Made by a program: the position numbers and the translations under genes. The notes under the pieces were generated by a model that did not search any database, was not told where the DNA came from, and saw nothing but the letters and a program-made list of their open reading frames with translations. A stretch of 64,000 bases of DNA from Malacoraja senta (lineage: Eukaryota), in assembly GCA_038087875.1 (NCBI GenBank), contig JAXLNO010001347.1, forward strand, positions 124,001-188,000, written 5' to 3'. Of this stretch, positions 1 through 12,687 are shown in pieces; position 1 is the stretch's first letter, and each line of letters opens with the position of its first letter.

Positions 1-29
1 GAATGGGGGGGGGGGGGGGGGGTAGGGAG

Positions 30-530
30 AGTAAGAGCGGAGCATCGAGGAAACCCTAGTGAGTGCCTCATCTATAATGGAAGAAGGGAACCCCAGTTTC
101 CTAAAGAATGAGGACATCTCCGATGCCCTGGAAAAGAAAACCTCATCCTGGGCGCAGATGCTGCGTAGACGGAGGAAGTGGTAGTCGGGATACAGTCTTT
201 ACAGGAAGCAGGGTGGGAAGAAGTGTAGTCCAGATAGCTATGGGAGTCAGTAGGTTTGTAGTAGATGTCGGTCAATAGTATGTTTCCTGTTATGGAGATG
301 GTGAGATCTAGAAACGGTAGGGAGATGTCCGAGATGGTCCAAGTGAATTGGAGTGCAGGATGGAAATTGGTGGTGAAGTTGATGAAGTCAGTGAGTTCTG
401 CATGGGAGCAGGAAGTAGCATCAATGCAGTCGTCAATGTAGCGGAGATAGAGTTCGGGGATCGGGCCAGTGTACCTCTGGAACAGTGATTGTTCGATGTT
501 CCCTACAAGGGCAGCCACAGCCCTTTCCCG
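30..530 (-). mobile_element. Penelope-like retroelement fragment (reverse transcriptase)
   Basis: ORF 72..578 encodes YLRYIDD, LPFLDL and YYKPTDSHSYLDYTSSHP, which are typical PLE RT motifs. The frame breaks after the SSHP motif. Confidence 0.9.
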
Positions 531-882
531 CCTCTCCCACATTGTATTCCCATTCTTACAATAACAACTTGAAATCAAAGATGTTTTTGTTTCAAACCGC
601 GTCGCTCCTGTTTGTTTTACACAAGTTTAAATCAGTTTAAACCAATATCTGCAGTTCCTTCTTCCACAAAGGAAACGATGCATTGTGCAAATCAATGCAG
701 AAATTCCAGTCTGGATTGTACTGAAACAGTGAAAATTAAACCCTTTTAACGTCCGCATGAACCATGAACCAGATTGAATGTGTATTGCGCGCTTTTTTAA
801 ACGCAGTCGCCTCCGGTCAAGATTGAGATAAAGCCAAGACGCTTTTAGCCAGTAGCGAATTAAATGAGAATCATTAACTTAC

Positions 883-934
883 CTGCTTGAGCCCCTTGTA
901 TGCGGAAGAAACTCAACAAGATGAACAGCATCAT
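883..934 (-). CDS. Signal-peptide exon 1 (MMLFILLSFFRIQGAQA) of a second, probably class I-like, gene continuing left of the window
   Basis: ATG at 934, 17 codons plus 1 nt, then a G|GTAAGT phase-1 donor at 882. Hydrophobic core with an A-x-A cleavage site. Same length (52 bp) and phase as the class I leader at 35799-35850. Confidence 0.65.
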
Positions 935-1008
935 TTCACGCACAACCTCTCGCATCAACAGCAGCAACTGAGCCAAACTTCACCAACATCAAAGCAGGAT
1001 CTCATCAT

Positions 1009-1052
1009 GCAATCAGAATAAAAATACCACGGGTCGTCACCAGTTGTCGAGC
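1009..1052 (-). promoter_or_regulatory. SXY-like promoter module (X1/X2/Y boxes)
   Basis: Minus strand reads GACAACTGGTGACG, then about 20 nt, then CTGATTGC, about 75-115 bp upstream of the ATG at 934. TGACG is a CRE half-site; the Y box has one mismatch to CTGATTGG. Confidence 0.4.
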
Positions 1053-1789
1053 GATGTCATTGAACCAGCAGGAAACAATTGACTGTAATGGAGACACGAG
1101 GAGGTGCTGATGCCGATTTACAACAACAAAAGACACAAAGTGCTGGTGTAACTCAGCAGGTCAGATCGCAACTCTGGAGGGCATAGATAGGTGACGATAG
1201 ACACAAAGCGCTGGAGTAACTCAACGGGTCGAGCAGCATCTTTGGAGAAAAAGGATAGGTGACTATTGTCAGTCTGAAGTAGGGTCCCAATCTGAAACAG
1301 CGCCTGTCAATGTCCTCCAGAGATGTTGCCCGACCTGCTGAGTTACTCCAGCACTTTGGTTTTATCGCACTCTATAGCAAATGGAATGGAAAGGCAGGGC
1401 GTAGTTGCCTGGAACTGTAATTGCGTTTCAGATAATGCTCCATTCTTGTGCTGCTAACTGCTCCTTATGTTATGATTCAGGAGACCCATAAATCCAATGC
1501 CTATCCTGACTTGAATCATTACAATGCAGAACAAAAAGGAGGAAACCAAACACTGTCCACAGCTGGTAGAGCTGCTGCCTCACAGCACCAGAGACCAGCG
1601 TTAGATCCTGACCTCTGGTATTGTCTGTGTAGATTTTCTTTAAGAAAGAACTGCAGATGCTGGAAAAATCGAAGGTAGACCTGTTTCAATGCAATAAACT
1701 CCATATTAATGTACCATATAAAGAATGCATGTGCTTGTATGTTTGGTGATGAGCCCAAAATATTGCTTTTGTAATTCAAGATATCCTCA

Positions 1790-2085
1790 GTGTTGCAACG
1801 GTAGAGTTGCTGCCTATAGCAGCAGAGACTCGGGTCGATTCTGACTAACGGTGCTGTCTATACAGTGTTTGTACATTCTCCCTGCATCTCCATGCGTGAC
1901 GGCATTGTTTTTCTCTGGGTGCTCCAGTTTCCTCCCACATCTCAAAGAAGTACAGGTTTTTAGGTTAACTTGCTTTGGTAAAATTGTAAATTGTCACCTG
2001 TCGTTGTATAGTACTATTGTACGGGGAATTAGCGAGGACTCGGTGGGCCGAAGGGCCTGCTTCCGTGATGTGCCTCTGAAGTCTA
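1790..2085 (+). mobile_element. HE1-type tRNA-derived SINE
   Basis: Head GGTAGAGTTGCTGCC...GGGTCGATTCTGAC, central body, and a GGGCCGAAGGGCCTG tail shared with the CR1 3' ends. Confidence 0.8.
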
Positions 2086-2634
2086 ATGTCAAAATGTTAA
2101 TTTCTATTCATTTTAATTTTCAGCTCTTAATCAAAATCATTTCAATCAACCCAAAGATGTCTGTGTTTCTCCCTCACTACACCAGATTTAAGTCTGCATT
2201 TTTAAAAATGCTTTTAATTTTGCTCAGATAGTGCTGAACTAATTTGCTGAACAAAGAAAAATGAAGTATTTGTTGGCCATGAGTAAAGTCTGTTCTGCAG
2301 CTCAATTAGGTCATGACTGATCTACTCATGACCAGAAGAGTCTGTAGCCAGTAACCCACAACTTCCCAAAGAAACAAATCCATCCTTCTCAGTAACGTAA
2401 TGAATTTACAATCTGCAGTTCAAAATTCCCACCATTCGTTATCATCTGGGAGAAAAATAAAACAATTTTCTCCTCAGTTTGAAACCTTGGCCTCCAAGGT
2501 CTAGTTTCCTCCATGAGGGGAACTATCAAGAACAGGAGGAAATAGAACAGTAGTTGGCTATCAGCCCCTGAGAATAGTCACCAAACTTGTCCCACCATTC
2601 AATAAAATGATCACTGTTCAGTTGGCCTCAGCTC

Positions 2635-2925
2635 CTTAGATTAATTTGGTTTAGAGGTACAGCCTTGAAACAGGCCCTTAGGCCCACTGAGTCTGTGCTG
2701 ACCAGTGACCCCCCCACAGTAACACTATCCTACACACACCTGGGGCCAAATAACCTGCAAACCGGCATGTCTTTGGAGAGTGGGAGGAAGCTGGAACCCC
2801 CAGAGAAAACCCACACAGGTCACGGGGAGAACGTTAAAAAATCCATACATACAGCACCCATGGTCAGGATCAAACCTGGGTCTCTGCCACTGCAAGGTAG
2901 CAACTCTACCGCTGCTACTCCGTGC
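2635..2925 (-). mobile_element. HE1-type SINE
   Basis: Reverse complement of the same SINE family. A second partial copy follows at about 2990-3165. Confidence 0.8.
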
Positions 2926-4049
2926 CACCCCTTTGCATCACCGTGCTGCCTACACAGTTCTATCCTATACACATGGGACAATTTACAGATGCCAATTAAC
3001 CTATAAACCTGCAGGTCTTTGGAACTGGGAGGAAACCGAAGCACCAGGGGAAAACCCATGCAGTCACAGAGAGAATATACAAAGTTGATACAGACAGCAC
3101 CCTTAGTCAGGATCAAACCTGAGTCACAGGTACTGCAAGGAAGTAACTCTACTGCTGAGCCACTCTGAGGCCCCTCTGATTGAAATGTTGGTTGCACGTT
3201 CTAACTTTATTCATGAGGGTAATCGTCAACAACACAAGTAAAAATAGCAGGAGTGGACTACTCCTCCTCTGTTCCATTACCCCAAAACCCTCAATTGCCT
3301 GAATCATTCAAAGCTTTCTCTATCTGTTCATAAGCATATCTAATGCCTTAGCCACCACCACCTCTGGGCACAGAATTCCAGCGATTCACACCCTTCTGAA
3401 AGAAGTAATTTTTATGTACCTCAGTTTTAAACAACTGGTCCCTTATTCTGTAGTTGTTTCCCATTGTTTTTAGACTTTCCCACCAGTGAAACATCTCAAC
3501 ATCTATCATGAAAAGCCCCTTAAGATATTGCATGTGTGAATAAGGTCACTCATCACTTTCTACACTCCAAGGAATGCAGACCTAAAGTGTTTACCGCTCT
3601 TGGTGGGACAACCTTTTCATCTCTTGCTTTGTTTGGTGAATTTCACCTGGTCTGCATCCAATGCTCCTATACCCTTTTTAATGTTAAACTGTGTGCGGTT
3701 TTCCAGTTATTGACTCACTATCATCCTGCATAATTCCAATATAACTTCCCTGTTCTTAAATTCCATCCCCTTTGCAGTAAAGACTGCATTTTTTCCATTG
3801 GTTACTGGGCCTGCTACTAACTTAATTTGATGCATGCACTTGAATACCAAGATCCCATCTGAACTTCACTCAGTTACAGTCTCTCTCCATTTAGACAATA
3901 ATCCACCATTTAAGGTTTAGCTTTAGGTTTGGTATTGTGATGTGTATCAAGGTACGGTGAAAAGCATTGTGTTTGCTGTTGTATACATAAATACTATCAA
4001 GCGAAACGCCAGTACAATAGGCAGACTGAAGGATAAGATACAGAGTAAA

Positions 4050-4560
4050 GAATACAGCTCTCAACATTATTGTACAATAGTTCCAGAGACAAAATCCAAT
4101 GGCCATATTGAGGTAAAGGGGAATTGGGAATGGGTCCTAGCACATGGAACATTCAAAAGCCTGATAACAGAGGAGAAGAAGCTGTTCCTGTGTCTGGTGC
4201 TCTACACCTTTAAGCTCTGCATCTTCTGCCTGATGGAAGTGGAGAAAAAAGGAATCACTAGTGTGAGAAAGGTCTTTGACTATGTTGGCTGTCTTCCTGA
4301 AGAGGCAGGAAGTGTAAATGGAGACAATGATGGGCAGTCTGGTCTGTGTGATGGACTGTGCTACATCCACACCTCTCTGCAATACCTTGTGGTCTTGGGA
4401 AAAGCTATTCTGAAAATAAGCTGTGACGTAACCTGATAATATGCTTTCTATGGTGCATCTATGGAAGTTGGTGAGAGTCATTGGACACATACCAAATTTC
4501 CTCAGTCGTCTGAGGAAATGGAGGCATTGGTGTGCCTTCTTGGCTGTTCCTTCAATGTGG
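4050..4560 (-). mobile_element. Degraded Rex1/Babar LINE fragment, interrupted by a CR1 and resuming at about 5200-5340
   Basis: ORF 4137..4490 has TNFHRCTIESILSGYVTAYF, resembling the C-terminal part of the Rex1 ORF at 11453. Confidence 0.65.
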
Positions 4561-4569
4561 TTGGTCCAT

Positions 4570-5200
4570 CATAGCAAAAGGATTTGAGTATAGGAGCAGG
4601 GAGGTTCTACTGCAGTTGTACAGGGTCTTGGTGAGACCACATCTGGAGTATTGCGTACAGTTTTGGTCTCCAAATCTGAGGAAGGACATTATAGCCATAG
4701 AGGGAGTGCAGAGAAGGTTCACCAGACTGATTCCTGGGATGTCAGGACTATCATATGAAGAAAGACTGGATAGACTTGGCTTATACTCGCTAGAATTTTG
4801 GAGATTGAGAGGGGATCTTATAGAAACGTACAAAATTCTTATGGGGTTGGACAGGCTAGATGCAGGAAGATTGTTCCCGATGTTGGGGAAGTCCAGGACA
4901 AGGGGTCACAGCTTAAGGATAAGGGGGAAATCCTTTAAGACCGAGATGAGGAAAAACGTTTTCACACAGAGAGTGGTGAATCTCAGGAACTCTTTGCCAC
5001 AGAGGGTAGTTGAGGCCAGTTCATTGGCTATATTTAAGAGGGAGTTAGATGGGGCCCTTGTGGCTAAAGGGATCAGGGGGTATGGAGAGAAGGCAGGTAC
5101 GGGATACTGAGTTGGATGATCAGCCATGATCATATTGAATGGTGGTGCAGGCTCGAAGGGCCGAATGGCCTACTCCTGCACCTATTTTCTATGTATCTAT
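4570..5200 (+). mobile_element. CR1/HER1 LINE 3' fragment
   Basis: LVRPHLEYCVQFWSP...LRGDLIETYKI...TRGHSL, followed by a 3' UTR ending in (CTATGT)-like repeats. Confidence 0.9.
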
Positions 5201-6109
5201 GTATCAAGGTTCGTTGGTAATATTTACACCAAAGATTTTGAAGCTCTCAACCATTTCTACTTTGGCACCATTGATACTGATTGGGGCAAGGTGACTTGAT
5301 TCCTCATGCCAAAGAGCATGACTCGAAGCATCACCAATTCTACCTAGAGATGCTGCTTGTCCTGCTAAGTTACTCCAGCATTTTGTGTCTATCTTCAGTG
5401 TGAAGCAGCATCTGCAGTTCCTTCCTACACAATTTGGCTGCTCCACTGAGAAATCTCCTCAAGGTATGCCTACTTTGAAGAAGTTCTCCTCCTCTCTCCA
5501 ACGAGAGTTCTGCAGTCTGAAAATGGGTCTCGACCTGAAACGTCACCCATTCCTTCTATCTAGAGATGCTGCCTGTCCCGCTGAGTTACCCCAGCATTTT
5601 GTATCTATCTTCAGCATGACCTCACAGTTTCCCACATTAAACACATTAGCCAGGTTTTGACTAATCACTCAAGCTATCTATATCCTGTTGTAAAATCATA
5701 CTTTCCTCATTAAACCGTGCCATTTCATCTATTTTTGTATCATTGCCAAAACTGAGTCCTTACATTGGTTCCCTGCTCCAATTAGTTGAGGGGAGCCCTG
5801 ATAGAAGTATGTAAAATTATGAAAGGCATGGATGGGTTTGGCTCCCGTCTGGCAGAAGGTGCAGAAGATTGAAGGCACATACCACCAGCCTCAGCGACAG
5901 CTTCTTCCCCTCTGTTATCTGGCTTCTGAACAGTTTTTCTGTAGGTTATGGTAAGTATGATTTATGTCTATCCACCGAGATCATTGGTCTTTCTCACTGG
6001 AACTGATGCGCTACAATGCTGAGATCGTTATTCTGCACGATATTATTCCCCTTTTAATTGATTATATCTGTGTATAGTATATCTAATCTGTTTGGATAGC
6101 ATGGCATGC

Positions 6110-7120
6110 CTAGGTCCTTGGATGGAGTCAAGGGGGGAGGTAAAGCGACAAGTGTAGCATTTCCTGCGGTGGCAAGGGAAAATACCAGGGGAGGGAGTGG
6201 TTTGGGTGGGAAGGGACAAATTGAGCAGGGAGTTACAGAGGGAGCAGTCTCTGCAGAAAGCTGAAAGGGGAGAAGATGAGAAGATGTGGCCAGTGATGGG
6301 ATCCCGTTGGAGGTGGCGAATATGTCAGAGGATTATCTGTTGTATGTGACGGCTGGTAGGGTGTAATGTGAGGACAAGGGGGACTTGTCACGATTGGGGG
6401 GATGGGGAGTGAGAGCGGAGCAACGAGATATAGAAGAGACCCTGGTGAGAGCCTCATCTATAGTCGAAGAGAAGAAGCCCCGTTCTCTAACCTTCCCCTC
6501 CCCTGGCACTTTCACTTGCAACTGCAGGAAATGCTACACTTGTCGCTTTATCTCCCCCCTTGACTCCATCCAAGGATCTAAGCAGTCTTTCCAAGTGAGG
6601 CAGAGGTTCACCTGCCCCTCCTCCAACCTCATCTAGGTCTCAACTGCTCTACATCGGTGAGACCAAGCTCAGGCTTGGCGATCGCTTCGCCCAACACCTC
6701 CGCTCAGTCCGCATTAACCAACCTGATCTCCCGGTGGCTCAGCACTTCAACTCCCCCTCCCATTCAGAATCCGACCTTTCTGTCCTGCGTCTCCTCCACA
6801 GCCAGAGTAAGACCCTCTGCAAATTGGAGGGGCAGCATATCATTTTTCGCTTGAGTAGTTTACACCCCAGCGGTATGAACATTGACCTCCATTTTCAGGT
6901 AGTCTTTGCTTTCTCCCTCCTTCCCCTCCCCTTCGAAGCTCTCCCACAGCCTACTATCTCCACCTCTTCCTTTCTTCTTCCCGCCCCCCACCCCCATATC
7001 AGTCTGAAGAAGGGTCTCGACCCAAAACGTCACCTATTCCTTTGCTCCATAGATGCTGCCTCACCACTGAGTTTCTCCACCATTTTTGTCTACCTTGGAT
7101 TTTTCCAGCATCTGCAGTTC
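6110..7120. mobile_element. Penelope-like element 3' part (GIY-YIG endonuclease) with an inverted 5' segment
   Basis: Plus strand 6490-7120 encodes CNCRKCYTC...QRFTC...YIGET...RFAQHLRSV and ends in the short repeat found throughout the window. 6110-6490 is the upstream part in minus orientation and overlaps it by about 80 bp. Confidence 0.85.
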
Positions 7121-7544
7121 TTTCTTAAACATGTACTTGTTCCTTGTACTTTTCCTGAGTGTATGGTGCGGGTAATATGGAGAGAGCTTTACCCAAAATC
7201 AAATGTGAGGTAAGAGTCGTTTAATTGTCATATGTATCAACAATAGAACAACAAAATTCTGACTTGCTGCAGCTTCACCTGCATGTAACTGCAATAACAC
7301 AGAGATAATATAAAACAACCAATAAAACATTAAATTAATAACTGTAATACTGGACTATCATAATAGTGCAAAAAACTACATTCATAGTACATTCAAAGAC
7401 AGTCCGTAGATGATCATAGATGCTGAAGTTAGTTTTGTGTGATGTTGAAGAGCCTGATGATTGCTGAGAAGAGACTATTCTTGAATCTGGTTGTCACGGT
7501 TTTCAGGCTGCTGTATCTTTCCCAAAATCTATACTTGGGGGCGG

Positions 7545-7845
7545 CAGGGTGGCGCAGCGGTAGAGTTGCTGCCTTATAGCACCAGACACCAGGGTTCGAT
7601 CCTGACTATGGGTGCGGTCTGCACGGAGTTTGTATGTTGGGTGAACGCATGGGTTTTCTCCGGGTCCTCCAGTTTCCTCCCACACTCCAAAGACGTACAG
7701 GTTTGTAGGTTAATTGGTTTGTAAATTGTAATTTGTACCTAGTGTGTGTAGGATAGTGCCAATGTAAAGGGATCATTGGTCTTCGCAAACTTGGTAGGCC
7801 GGAAGGCCTGTTTCCACGCTGTATCTCTAAACTAAACTAAACTAA
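7545..7845 (+). mobile_element. HE1-type SINE, near full length
   Basis: GGTGGCGCAGCGGTAGAG A-box, GGTTCGATCC B-box, and a (CTAAA)n tail. Confidence 0.88.
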
Positions 7846-7890
7846 TTCTGCCCTGAGAGTGTGTGCATGGACAACGCAGACACAGTTTAA

Positions 7891-8207
7891 AGGCCCTGTC
7901 CCACTGTACGAGCTAATTCAAGAGTTCTCCCGAGTTTCCCCTGATTCGAACTCGGAGAATTACGGTAATTGCCGGTCGTAGGTACTTGGGGCTCTCGTGG
8001 ACTTTTTTCAACATGTTGAAAAATCTTCACGAGTCTTCACGAGCTTACCGCGTTTCCCGAGTACCTGCCGTTAGCGTTACGAGCCGCTAGGAGACTTCCC
8101 GAGCTCCGACGTACCCGCTACATACATTCTACGTGCTTACCACGAGTTTAATTTTTTTTTAAACTCGGGAGAGCTCTTGAATTACCTCGTACAGTGGGAC
8201 AGGCTTT
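7891..8207. mobile_element. MITE with long TIRs (PIF/Harbinger-like)
   Basis: TIRs of more than 40 bp, CTGTCCCACTGTACGAG(C/G)TAATTCAAGAG(T/C)TCTCCCGAGTTT. Flanks are TAA and GAA (imperfect 3-bp TSD). A related end, GGGCCTGTCCCACT, occurs at about 52029. Confidence 0.8.
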
Positions 8208-8449
8208 GAATTTTCTTATTAAAAGGCAGTACATTGAGGCAACTGGCAGAATTGGTGCCCCTCTGCTACAGCAACTTGGATTCAATCCTGATCCGGGTAC
8301 AACGTGTATCATTTTCTTGTTCTCCCTATGACACGTGGATCTCAACCAAATGCTCCGTTCCTCCTATATCTCAAAGACATGCGAGTTGGTTGGTTAATTG
8401 AATTTTGTAAATTGCCCAGTGTGTGATTGGATGACAGATGTTGTCTATG

Positions 8450-8760
8450 TTTAGTTTAGTTTAGAGATACAGTGAGGAAACAGACCCTACAGCCCACAGG
8501 GCCTGCACCGACCAGCGATCCCCGCATTTTAACGCTACCCTACACACACTAGGGGTAATTTTACCTTTTATACCAAGCCAATTAACGTACACACCTGTAC
8601 GTCTTTGGAGTGTGGGAGGAAACCGAAGATCTTGGAGAAAAGCTACGCAGGTCACAGGGAGAACGTACAAACTCCATATAGAAAAGCACTTGTAGTCAGG
8701 ATTGAACCCAGGTCTCTGGCACTGTAAAGCAGTAGCCTTATGACTATGCCACCATGCCAT
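8450..8760 (-). mobile_element. HE1-type SINE
   Basis: Reverse-complement copy with the TTTAG tail at about 8450. Confidence 0.85.
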
Positions 8761-8999
8761 CCTTCAGCAAGGCCCCACATGGGTGGCTGGTCCATTAGGT
8801 TGGAAAACATGGGATCCAGGGTGAGCTAGTCAATTGGACGCAAAGTTGGCTTGGTGGTAGGAGTCAGAGAATGGTAGTGCAGGGTTGTTGTTTTTTACAT
8901 AGGAAGCCTGTGACCAGTTGTATGCCTCAGGGACTGATGCTCTCATGTCATTCAGTCACACACAGTGCTCTCAGACTGATTAATGATTTCAATTTGCAG

Positions 9000-9140
9000 A
9001 AATGAAAGAGATGAAGGAAAGAGAGATAGAGCTGAGGGATGAGAGATGGAGAGAGATAGGGAGATAGAGAGAGAGATATATAGTGAGATGGAGAGAGATG
9101 ATAGATAGAGAGAGGGATAATGTGATTGATACTTGTTGAG
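9000..9140. repeat. GA-rich degenerate microsatellite
   Basis: GAGAGAT/GATAGA low-complexity run. Confidence 0.8.
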
Positions 9141-9729
9141 AGCAGAGCTGAAAATAGGTGAGGTGACCTTGGGAAACAGTGTGGACACAGGATGTCTGGG
9201 GATGGCCAGTTTATAAATGGACTACACAATGAAGGAAAATAGATCAATGTTAAGAGTTCTCAAGCCAGATAAGCAAAACAAAGATGTGTTTTGTTATTCA
9301 GTCCATGGATGAGTGGCAACTTGAATTTCTTGATTTTCTTTTCAGAGTTCAGACCTTGGATTAGAGTCTATTGTGCAACAAATTAGCTGAGCCCCTGGAC
9401 AGATTAATGGTTGCCTGTTCAACGTTCTGTACAACTGTAACATGACACCCCAACTCTAGTCCTCAGTACCATGGCTGAGGTAACAAGGCATAACATATAC
9501 TCTGTGTAGGAATGAACAGCAGATGCTAATTTAAACCGAAGATAGACACAAGGTGTCCCTCAGGGTTCAGTGCTGGGCCCATTGCTGATTGTAGTTTATA
9601 TAAGCGACTTTGATGAAAATGTGCGGCATGATTAGAAACTTTGCAGATGACATTGACATAGTTGGTATCATAAACAGTGAACGTAGTTATCAAAAATTAC
9701 AGCTAGATCTTGATCAGTGAGGCAGGTGG

Positions 9730-10260
9730 CCTGAAGAATGGTTAATGGAGCTTCCAGGCCTGACCTACTGACACTGTTGATCATGCCACCATCGGCCCAC
9801 AAAGCTTCCAGGCCATGTTTGCCGCAAACCTTTACCTGTACTCTAGCCACTCGTGGGCCCATTGACTCCGCCGATCCTCGCCTCTTCACCGGCCACCAGC
9901 CGGCCAAAGACATCAACTCACATGGTTTGCAGGCCCCTTTTCCGGCCTTGGGCCTCTACGCTGCTGGCCCCGACAATATACAGTAAAGCTCTCCGACGTC
10001 CTTCTGATACAGAAGTCAGTCTTCAACAGAGGCCTTATCTTTGTATCCCTACGCCCCACCTCAACAAATTCAGGGCTCACCATGAGGTAGAGATCTTCTT
10101 CAGGTGCCTCCGCCTCCAAGCCTTTTTCTACGGGAAGGAGTCCTCACCTCCCGGTGAAAACACAGTCCTCCTTATCCTACAAACCCCACCCTCTTTGACC
10201 CCCTGTGCCAGCCTTCCACCCTCTCTGTTTATTTCGAACTGCCGGCATGACATATCTCTA
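9730..10260 (+). mobile_element. Penelope-like element fragment (N-terminal ORF region), directly after a CR1 remnant at about 9560-9720
   Basis: FRAHHEVEIFFRCLRLQAFFYGKE resembles the F-x-R-x-L-R-L N-terminal motif of vertebrate PLE ORFs. Confidence 0.6.
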
Positions 10261-11469
10261 AACCAAACTCAATTATGAACAAATGGTGATTCATTTCTAA
10301 GTCAGGATGGATCCCAGGTCAGGTTCCCACACATCTGCTGACCTTGTTGTTCTTGTGCTTGAGATGTTGAGTTTGGAATGTTCTGATGGACTAGACGACA
10401 CGTATCTGCAGTGTGTTTTGTCACTGGTTGAAGCTTGTGGTGCAGTGAATAAACGAGGAAATGAAATCGAGCATTGTGCAATCAACAACAGACAATCACT
10501 TTTGACTTTATAATGGAAGGATGGTCACTAAAGTACCAGATCTTGATTATTGAGTACTCCACATCTTCCAGGCACCTAACATTGATTTACCTTAATCGGG
10601 TTACTTGGATCTGCATAAGGAATGGGAACAGCTTCAAACAATCTACTTGATTGTCGTTAATTAATTTTATTAATAATATCATAGAGTCATAGAGTGATAC
10701 AGTTTGGAAACAGGTCCTTCGGCCCAACTCGCCCACACCGGCCACCAATGTCCCAGCTACACTGGTCCCACTTGCCTGCGATTGTCTAACTGTTTCTTAA
10801 AAGATAGAATAGTCCCAGCCTCAACTCCCTCCTCTGGCAGCTTGTTCCATACACCTACCACCCTTTGTGTGAAAATGTTAACCCTCGGATTCCTATTAAA
10901 TCTTTTTCCCCTTCACCTTGAACCTATGTCCTCTGGTCCTCGATTCCCCTACTCTGGGCAAAGTCTCTGTGCATTGAATAACAGTTGATTGCGTTATCAT
11001 TTCAATGTGTGCTGATCTTTCAGGAAACTTTCCAAGTCAATCCATGTTCATCACACTCAGTCACTTTGAGGTAACATTGGCTGGGCAGGTTGTCCCTTAT
11101 GGTAATCTTGATAAGGAATGTCTGGCCAAGTGTACAATGGCCAATTAATTCATGAAATCAGATTCAAGTTGGGGCTGTGGACCAGTGTCTGTTCCATGCA
11201 AGATTAATCCTGATATTGTGAACTTTACACTAATACCAAATAATGTGGGCTAAACCCTGCAGCTCCAAACCAGTGCTGCCACCAAAGCAATAGGTTATAA
11301 GGTCAAGTTAAATCTCTACATTGTTTACAACTTTGGAGTTTTGATTTATGCAAAATGTTAGTGGAAATGTGGTAACTCTTGTGTATTGTCTCAATGTAAT
11401 CTATATTTCCTGTAGTCTTGTACTAAAGTATGATTGTCCTTGTGTATTGTAAATGTTTGACAGAACTGT

Positions 11470-12415
11470 AGGGGCGTCAGGGCGGCGTCAGGGCTACGTC
11501 TTGTCACCCTGGTTATTCTCACTCTACACAATTCAACTCGCATCCCAGTATAGTTCAGTTAAAATATATAAATACGCAGATGACACAACCATCATAGGTC
11601 TCATCTCTAACAACAACGAAACAGAATACCGCACTCAAACAAACAAAGCAGTCACTTGGTGCACAGATAATAACCTCTTACTCAACACATCAAAAACACA
11701 TGAACTTATCATTGATCTCAGACGTAAGGCACAACCCAAGACCCCCCTACTCATCTCTGGCAAACCCATATCCACCACTGACTCATTCAAATTTCTTGGC
11801 ACTCACATAAGCAATAACCTCAAATGGAAAATCAATTCAGATCACATTTATAAAAAAGCCAACCAAAGACTTTTCTTTCTCCGTCAGCTCAAGAAGTTCA
11901 GAGTGAGGAAACATCTCCTAATCCGATTTTACACAGCCATCATCCAAAGCATGCTCACTTCATCAATAACAGTTTGGTACAGCAGTCTAGACACTCACTC
12001 CCGTAATAAACTACAGCGCATTGTCAACAAAGCATCCAAAATCATCAGCACTTCCCTCCCATCAATAGATTCACTCAATCTCAAACGGTCCGTGTCAAGG
12101 GTGAAGAAAATCATTTCTGATCCCTCCCACCCAGCTCACCACATCTTCCACCCGCTGCCGTCAGGAAGGCGCTACAGCTCACTGCCCGCCAAAACATCAC
12201 GATTTAAAAACAGTTTCTACCCATATGCAATTCGAACTCTGAACACTCTATGACAACATCACACAGCCACCTCGTGCATGTACTGTATACTGTATGTTGT
12301 GTTTTATGTTATGTTTGATGGGAATCAGCCTAATCAGCCTATTGTGTAACATCCTGAACATGAATTCCACCAGCTTGACTGTGTGGTTATTAAATAATCT
12401 GAATCTGAATCTGTA
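11470..12415 (+). mobile_element. Rex1/Babar-clade LINE 3' fragment
   Basis: 266-aa ORF with LSPWLFSLYT, KYADDTTIIGLI, FKFLGTHISNNLKW and ANQRLFFLRQLKKF, followed by a 3' UTR with an (ATCTGA)n tail. Confidence 0.88.
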
Positions 12416-12687
12416 TGCAAAAAGAAATTTCACTGAACCCAGGTATATGCGACAATAAAGTACCATTGAACCATTGGATCAATGTACCCACTGTCACTTG
12501 AATACATAAGCAGGTTATAGTCAAGAATTATTTTAAAATTTATTTGCCCAGGTTTATGCACAGGTATGAAGTATTAATAGTCTCAGTTCAGTTTAGTTTA
12601 TTGTGAAACAGTGAAAGCTGTTTACAGTGAAAAGCTTTTGTTGTGTGCTAACCAGTCAGCAGAAAGTCAATACATGATTGTAATTGA

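Noticed and set aside
10307-10513. 68-aa plus-strand ORF
   Set aside because: No recognisable domain or splice context.
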